This document shows, one piece after another, positions 15,076 through 20,000 of a DNA stretch of 20,000 nt. Below the pieces are notes generated by a model. The model saw nothing but the letters and a program-made list of their open reading frames with translations. It had not been told where the DNA came from and did no database searches. This DNA comes from an uncultured virus (IMG/VR IMGVR_UViG_3300031951_000129) (Duplodnaviria; Heunggongvirae; Uroviricota; Caudoviricetes). Numbering within the stretch: the first letter of the stretch is position 1; each line of letters begins with the position of its first letter. A program made the translations under genes and the position numbers. The stretch lies in the IMG/VR virus record IMGVR_UViG_3300031951_000129; one strand, written 5' to 3'.

Positions 15076-16018
15076 TTCTCTTCTCCTTGCGAAGTTGCGC
15101 CGCATACTGTTCAGGCGTCAAACCAAGGCGCTTGGCGAGAGCGACCGCGGACGAAGTGAGAACCACCTTTTCGCGTGATGTTGCGCCGCTGTTGCGAGAC
15201 GCAGGGGCCACCACGGAGCCCGTCTGACGCTGCTGGGTTCTCACCGCGGGTGCAGCTGCGCCAAACTTCTCTGGAAAACGGGACCTTACGGCCTCGTCGA
15301 TCTGAGTGTAATACGTTTCGCTCTCCGGATCAACTCCGCTTGTGACAAGCTGCTCGTGCACACCGTACACGAAGCCCGTCATGGCTTTGTCCTTCTGAAA
15401 CCACGTATTCTGTTGCGCCCACGCCTTCGCCCGGGGCGATGGTTCAGCTACCCGTGGGGAGGACACAGGCGCTGGCGCCGGCGCCCGCGCGGGCGAAGGC
15501 GTGGACTCCGGAACCGGCTGCGGACGATATGTCGTCAACCGGTGTAGCTCGTTGGTGAGGGTGGCCAACTCGGTCTGTGCCGTGACCATGGCGTCGACGT
15601 CGCCGGCCTCGTAGGCACTCTTGTACTTGGCTTTGGCCTGTTCCAGCTGCGTCTCGGCCCGCGCCTTGGCTTGCCCGATAACGGCGTTCTGGCCTTCGGT
15701 CAGGCGCCGACGCAAATCGTCCGCTTCCCGCTTGGCAGCTTCAGCGAAGCGAATGGCCTCCTCGCGGATGCGCTCTGCCTCCTCCTTGCGCCGCCGCTCC
15801 TCGTGGCGCTCGTACTTCAGCTTGTTGATGCGTTTCTTGACGCGCTCGCTGTAGCCTTCGAGGTCGTCCGTCTCGTCGGTAGGCTCCGCCTCGTCTGCGG
15901 CATCCGGCTCGGGCTTGGCCCGGTTGCGGTCGGGTTCAGGAGTGTCGTCCTGAATTTCAATCTCGAACTCGTCGCCGTCGACCTCGACCTCGATGTCCTT
16001 GTCCTGTGCGTCGCTCAT
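15068..16018 (-). CDS. Capsid scaffolding protein
   Basis: Acidic N-terminus, long coiled coil, Pro-rich linker and C-terminal LAKRLGLTPEQYA helix. It lies between portal and MCP. Confidence 0.75.
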   Translation of the reverse strand: MSDAQDKDIEVEVDGDEFEIEIQDDTPEPDRNRAKPEPDAADEAEPTDETDDLEGYSERVKKRINKLKYERHEERRRKEEAERIREEAIRFAEAAKREADDLRRRLTEGQNAVIGQAKARAETQLEQAKAKYKSAYEAGDVDAMVTAQTELATLTNELHRLTTYRPQPVPESTPSPARAPAPAPVSSPRVAEPSPRAKAWAQQNTWFQKDKAMTGFVYGVHEQLVTSGVDPESETYYTQIDEAVRSRFPEKFGAAAPAVRTQQRQTGSVVAPASRNSGATSREKVVLTSSAVALAKRLGLTPEQYAAQLRKEKRNG

Positions 16019-16383
16019 GCCCTGCTATACCCTCTCGGGTCCTCCACTACTGCTTCCACCGTGTCGTCATTGATGAGCCGGAACTCTCTGCCCAGCACCT
16101 TGAACCGGGTGCCCGAGTACGAGCGGAACATGACAAAGTCCCCCTCCTTGCACCATGGACCATCCGGAAACTTGTTCGGATCCGAGTACGCATCGGACCC
16201 CATGGAGATGACGAAACCGATGATTGACGCCGTCTCTTCCGCTTTTTTCAGCGAGTCCGGCATGTAGACGCCGCCGTCGGTCTTCTCGCTGACCTCTGGT
16301 ACGGCGATGAGGAGCTTGTAGCCTACCGGGGTCGGTAGCTTGGCCTTGAGGTGCTCGTCCTCGATCTTGTTTGCTGTGTACAT
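16015..16383 (-). CDS. groES: Phage co-chaperonin GroES (Cpn10)
   Basis: PVGYKLLI, mobile loop EKTDGGVYMPDS, KEGDFVMFRSYSGTRFKV and FRLINDDTVEAVV all match the Cpn10 pattern. Confidence 0.88.
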   Translation of the reverse strand: MYTANKIEDEHLKAKLPTPVGYKLLIAVPEVSEKTDGGVYMPDSLKKAEETASIIGFVISMGSDAYSDPNKFPDGPWCKEGDFVMFRSYSGTRFKVLGREFRLINDDTVEAVVEDPRGYSRA

Positions 16384-16432
16384 TCTCTCCCTCGTGCAGT
16401 GATAAGGCCCACCGTTGCCGTAACTCCGTACT

Positions 16433-16621
16433 CTACTCGTTAATGAACCGGGACTCCAGCTCTTTTACGTCCTGAATTGTGCGCTCCACGGCGCGTATCG
16501 CACCTACCATGGAGCGGTACTCGGCGTAGTCAGCGGCCACCCCGCTGACCAGCGCGTCGACATACCCCTGCCGGTTCTCGTTGAGGCTGCGCAGCAGCAG
16601 GCTGAATACGGTCTGCTCCAC
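16433..16621 (-). CDS. Small conserved hypothetical protein (62 aa)
   Basis: LVSGVAADYAEYRSMVGAIRAV helical pattern, GTG start with AAGGAG RBS, between portal and groES. Confidence 0.7.
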   Translation of the reverse strand: MEQTVFSLLLRSLNENRQGYVDALVSGVAADYAEYRSMVGAIRAVERTIQDVKELESRFINE

Positions 16622-16624
16622 GCG

Positions 16625-19180
16625 TCACTCCTTCGATTTTGTGGTGCTGTTGTCGGTGCGGTCCACAAGCCGCTGGGACGCGGCCGAGGCGAGCTGGGTG
16701 CCTGCCTGCAGCGCCGCGCGGGATTCCGCGCTCTTGTCCGCCATGATCTGCGTGGCCAGCCGCACGCCGACACGCGCGCCCTCGCGCTCGTCTTCGGAGG
16801 CGATGCGCTCCCGGTTGACCTCGATGGTGGCCGCCTTGTTGGCCATGTCGAGTTCCAGCTTGGCCTTGTCCAGCAGCATCTGGTGCTCCGCGACGGACTC
16901 CTCCAGTTCGAGCCGGCGCTCCTTGATCTCCAGCTCCTTGAGCTGGATCTGCGTCAGCGGGTTCTGCGCCTCGGCGTCTGCCTCCGCCTGCGCTGCTTCT
17001 GCCTTGTTCGACGCCAGCAGCTTCTGGGCCGCCTCGGCCACCGCGCGGGACAGGTCGACCTCGACATCCTCTGGCAGCGGCGTCTCCTCGGCCGGCAGCT
17101 CCGTGCCCAGCTTCTTCTCGATCTCCTTGCGGTACTGGAAGGCGACGTGCTCGGTGATGTGCGACGCCATGGCGTTCTGGATAGCGGCGGCGAAGGGCGA
17201 CTGCCCGACGATCTGCTGCAGCTTGGGGTCCTCCATAGCGGCCATGTGCACGGCGATGTGCGCCTCGTGGTCTTGGTAGAGGAACGCCTTGACCGGCTCC
17301 TGACGCAGCACGGCCATGTTCTCGGCCACCGGGTCCTTGGGCAGGATCTCGTCGGGCATCTTGACGATCTCGGCGGCGTCCTGAATGCCCATCACGGTCA
17401 GCATCTGCCGGTGCAGCTTGGCCATGTCGTAGAACTGCGGGGACTGCTGCGCGAGCTGCAGCGCAGCTTGGTACTGCACGATGCGCTGGGCCATGGTGGC
17501 GGCGTTGGGGTCGGAGACGGGGATGACGTCCACGGTGTTGGGGTCGAAGTCGGCCTTGCGGCTGAACTCCTCCGGCGTGTCGTAGGAATACTCGTCGGGC
17601 ATGAAGTCGTGCACGACCCGCGCCAGAATGCGCAGCTCCTTGTGCATCGCGGCGTGCATGCGGGCCTGCACCCCGGACATCACCTTCATGGACCGCTCCA
17701 TCAGGGCGAGCGTGGTGCCCACCGGCGCCTGCGCGCTCATGTCCCCGACTTGGATATCGGCCACGGAGCCGATACGCCGCCCCTCGTCGACGATGTTGCC
17801 CAAGAGCTGGTAGAGCACCGCGGAGGGCTCCTTGTAGGGCAGCGGGAAGATGGAGTCGCGGATAGCCCCTCCGGGGATGTCGACGTCGCGGAACTCGCCC
17901 GGCATTAGCGGCGTGTTGTCGCCCTTGATGCGGAGCCCACGGGCCTTGAGCCCGGCCGGCAGGTTGGACAGCGTGCCAGCGTCGATCAGCTGGCGGAGGA
18001 TAGAGGTGGCAGACTTGGCCAGACCTCCGATGAGGTGGATGAGCCCGATGCCGTAGAAGCCCATGCCGGGCAGGTACAGGTAGTGGGTGAAGTGCATCCG
18101 CTTGCGCTTCTTGACGTCGTCCTCGTACCAATTCCGGCGGATGGCGAGGATCTTCCGCGAGGAGAGGTCGATTGTGACCACATGCGGCCGCGCGATGCCA
18201 TCGGGGTCGTCGTAGGGCTCGGGCAGGTTGATATCGACGTGCATCTCCAGCAGCGTGTGCCGCGGGTCGTCGGTCATGGGCACCTCGGTGCCCTCCATCT
18301 CGTCGTACTTCTCCTGCACGTCGCTGCGCTCGGTCACCGGGTCCGGCAGCTCGATCTCGCGGTAGAAGCCCGCCACCTGCAGTTCGAGGACCTCGTTGGG
18401 GAACTTCTTCATGACGTGCGTGTAGCGCGGGCACCGTTCGAGGTTTGACGCGCCGTACGCGATGACGAAGTCCTCTGCCGGCACGAAGATAGACACCGGG
18501 CGCTCAAGGATGGGGTCGTAGTAGAGCTTCTTGAACGCGGAGCCCGCCAGCGGCAGGCGGAACGTCATCATCTCCATCTCGTCGCGGAACTCGGTCATCT
18601 CCTCGGTGATGATGTAGTTCATCTCGTTGCGGACGCGGACGGCCTGCTCGTCTTTCTCCCGGGTGGGTGCGCCGACGACTTTCGTCTCCACCGGCCCCTG
18701 CGCGGGCATCATCTCGCTCATGGCCTGCGCTTGGAAGCGCACCACGGCCTCTGTCAGCATGGGGTGGAACACCCCCGAGGCCCCGTTCCACGGCGTCGTC
18801 CGGTCCTCGATCTTCATCCCCAAGAGGTCGAGCCCCTTGATGTACGCCTTGGCCCAGTCCTTCCGGCTCTCGCGGTCCTGCAGGAAGGCTTCCACGAGGT
18901 CCGCGGCCAGCGTCTGCAGCTCTTTATCTTCCAGCATCTCGGCGAAGTTGGCGTTGTGCGTCTCGGGGTCGTCCGGGTCCAGCGACTTCCGCCGGTCGGC
19001 GCTCATGGAGTCAGGGAACTCGATGATGACCGAGCCGTCCTCCGTGGCCATGGACGTGATGCCATCCGTGGAGATCTCCGCAGCGGCCTCCGGGTCCTCG
19101 ATCTCGATTTCGAGGGTGTCGAGGTCATCCAGCTCGATGTCGTTGGGGATCATCGGCTTTGTGATGCTGTTCACGGCCAT
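16625..19180 (-). CDS. Portal protein (P22-like, long C-terminal helical barrel)
   Basis: 851 aa directly after the terminase. Motifs HPMLTEAVVRFQAQA, LAGSAFKKLYYD, GFYGIGLIHLIGG and LRQLIDAGTLSNLPAG, with a coiled-coil C-terminus. Confidence 0.9.
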   Translation of the reverse strand: MAVNSITKPMIPNDIELDDLDTLEIEIEDPEAAAEISTDGITSMATEDGSVIIEFPDSMSADRRKSLDPDDPETHNANFAEMLEDKELQTLAADLVEAFLQDRESRKDWAKAYIKGLDLLGMKIEDRTTPWNGASGVFHPMLTEAVVRFQAQAMSEMMPAQGPVETKVVGAPTREKDEQAVRVRNEMNYIITEEMTEFRDEMEMMTFRLPLAGSAFKKLYYDPILERPVSIFVPAEDFVIAYGASNLERCPRYTHVMKKFPNEVLELQVAGFYREIELPDPVTERSDVQEKYDEMEGTEVPMTDDPRHTLLEMHVDINLPEPYDDPDGIARPHVVTIDLSSRKILAIRRNWYEDDVKKRKRMHFTHYLYLPGMGFYGIGLIHLIGGLAKSATSILRQLIDAGTLSNLPAGLKARGLRIKGDNTPLMPGEFRDVDIPGGAIRDSIFPLPYKEPSAVLYQLLGNIVDEGRRIGSVADIQVGDMSAQAPVGTTLALMERSMKVMSGVQARMHAAMHKELRILARVVHDFMPDEYSYDTPEEFSRKADFDPNTVDVIPVSDPNAATMAQRIVQYQAALQLAQQSPQFYDMAKLHRQMLTVMGIQDAAEIVKMPDEILPKDPVAENMAVLRQEPVKAFLYQDHEAHIAVHMAAMEDPKLQQIVGQSPFAAAIQNAMASHITEHVAFQYRKEIEKKLGTELPAEETPLPEDVEVDLSRAVAEAAQKLLASNKAEAAQAEADAEAQNPLTQIQLKELEIKERRLELEESVAEHQMLLDKAKLELDMANKAATIEVNRERIASEDEREGARVGVRLATQIMADKSAESRAALQAGTQLASAASQRLVDRTDNSTTKSKE

Positions 19181-19244
19181 CAGGCAGTCCTCTCGCGGCA
19201 GGGCGTTCTATGCAAGCAACGTGCAGTATACAGCAGGACGGGGC

Positions 19245-20000
19245 TCAATAATACCCCTCCGTTACCGGCGGCCGGAAGCCGTTGTAGGTGTCCTCGATCT
19301 CGTCGGTCGGCAGCGTCAGGAAGCCCCCCTGCCGGAAGCGCAGCAGCGCCTGTACGGTGGAGTCGACGTGGTCGTCATGGGAGCCGAAGGGGAAGGCTGC
19401 GATCTCCTCGATGACTTCCTCTGCCCAGCGCCGCTCCGGCGCCCAGACCATCCCCGACGCCAGAATGTCAGCCACGCTGTTGAGGCGAGCCATCTTGTCG
19501 CCCGTCCCCCGGTGCGGGGTGTACTCCTGAACCGGCAGCCCCATGCGGCGCAGTTCTTGGTATATGGCAACGCCAGCCGACTTCTTCTCGACGATGAACG
19601 CATCCGGGGCCCACTCCTTGTACTGCTCCAGCACCATCTTCTTCAGCTCGGGGAACTCGTACCGGTCCTTGATGGCATGCAGCAGGATCAGGTGGTGCAC
19701 ACCCTCGTCCTCGTGCTCGAACACCCCCCAGATTGTCAGCGAGGTGTAGTCGGCACGGTTGTGTGTCTCCGCCGCGGCGTCGAGCGACATCATGATGTAC
19801 TCGCACGGGGGCGGCTGGTCGCGCAGCCAGCGACGCCACCACTCCCGCTTGACCACGGCCGCCTCCTCGGCCGTCGGCGACTGCTGGTACTGCGCGTTCC
19901 ACTGGAACAGGGGCATCGACGCCTTGGTGCGCAAGAGCGCGGGCAGGTCGAAGAACTCCGGCCAGAGCGCCTTCTGCACGATCCGCTCGTCGCCGGTCTC
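19245..20000 (-). CDS. terL: Terminase large subunit, C-terminal nuclease domain (5'-truncated)
   Basis: The frame is open to the window edge. Motifs WNAQYQQSP, SLDAA...ADYT, IVEKKSAG, DKMAR and FPFGSHDDHVDS are RNase H-type terminase motifs. Confidence 0.93.
   Translation of the reverse strand, partial: ETGDERIVQKALWPEFFDLPALLRTKASMPLFQWNAQYQQSPTAEEAAVVKREWWRRWLRDQPPPCEYIMMSLDAAAETHNRADYTSLTIWGVFEHEDEGVHHLILLHAIKDRYEFPELKKMVLEQYKEWAPDAFIVEKKSAGVAIYQELRRMGLPVQEYTPHRGTGDKMARLNSVADILASGMVWAPERRWAEEVIEEIAAFPFGSHDDHVDSTVQALLRFRQGGFLTLPTDEIEDTYNGFRPPVTEGYY

Noticed and set aside
16384..16432. CIRCE operator upstream of groES
   Set aside because: TTAGCACTC-N9-GAGTGCTAA is absent; only a weak unrelated hairpin is present.
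19181..19250. Promoter upstream of the portal gene (TATACT at 19230-19225, minus strand)
   Set aside because: The -10 hexamer is good, but there is no -35 at proper spacing (TTGAGC is only 12 nt away) and no extended -10, so support is insufficient.
127..19749. Numerous plus-strand and alternative-frame ORFs (e.g. 4033-4965, 16530-18434, 16883-17908)
   Set aside because: These are shadow ORFs of GC-rich minus-strand genes, with Arg/Pro-rich or antisense-type composition and no recognisable motifs.

Overview
The window is the morphogenesis region of a GC-rich, short-tailed (podovirus-type) dsDNA phage or prophage, and all credible genes lie on the minus strand. In transcription order (high to low coordinates) it holds: the terminase large subunit C-terminus, an 851-aa portal, a small ORF, a GroES-like co-chaperonin, a scaffold, a conserved head ORF, a decoration-like protein and a 302-aa major capsid protein followed by a terminator. 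Next come a free-standing GIY-YIG/NUMOD3 homing endonuclease, a promoter with a compact, heavily pseudoknotted RNA element, probable head-spike/fibre genes, small basic 'xxGG' proteins and two adaptor-like proteins. The window ends with a tail fibre carrying an S74 chaperone domain, a lysis cassette (holin-like ORFs and a PG-binding/NlpC-P60 endolysin) and a P22 gp10-like nozzle gene running off the left edge. The best lead is the ~75-nt structured RNA at 11934-12008, possibly related to the Mu-gpT-DE motif, which the endonuclease separates from the capsid gene. An alphaproteobacterial (Rhodobacteraceae-like) host is suggested but not proven. All family calls come from motif recognition by eye; no searches were run.
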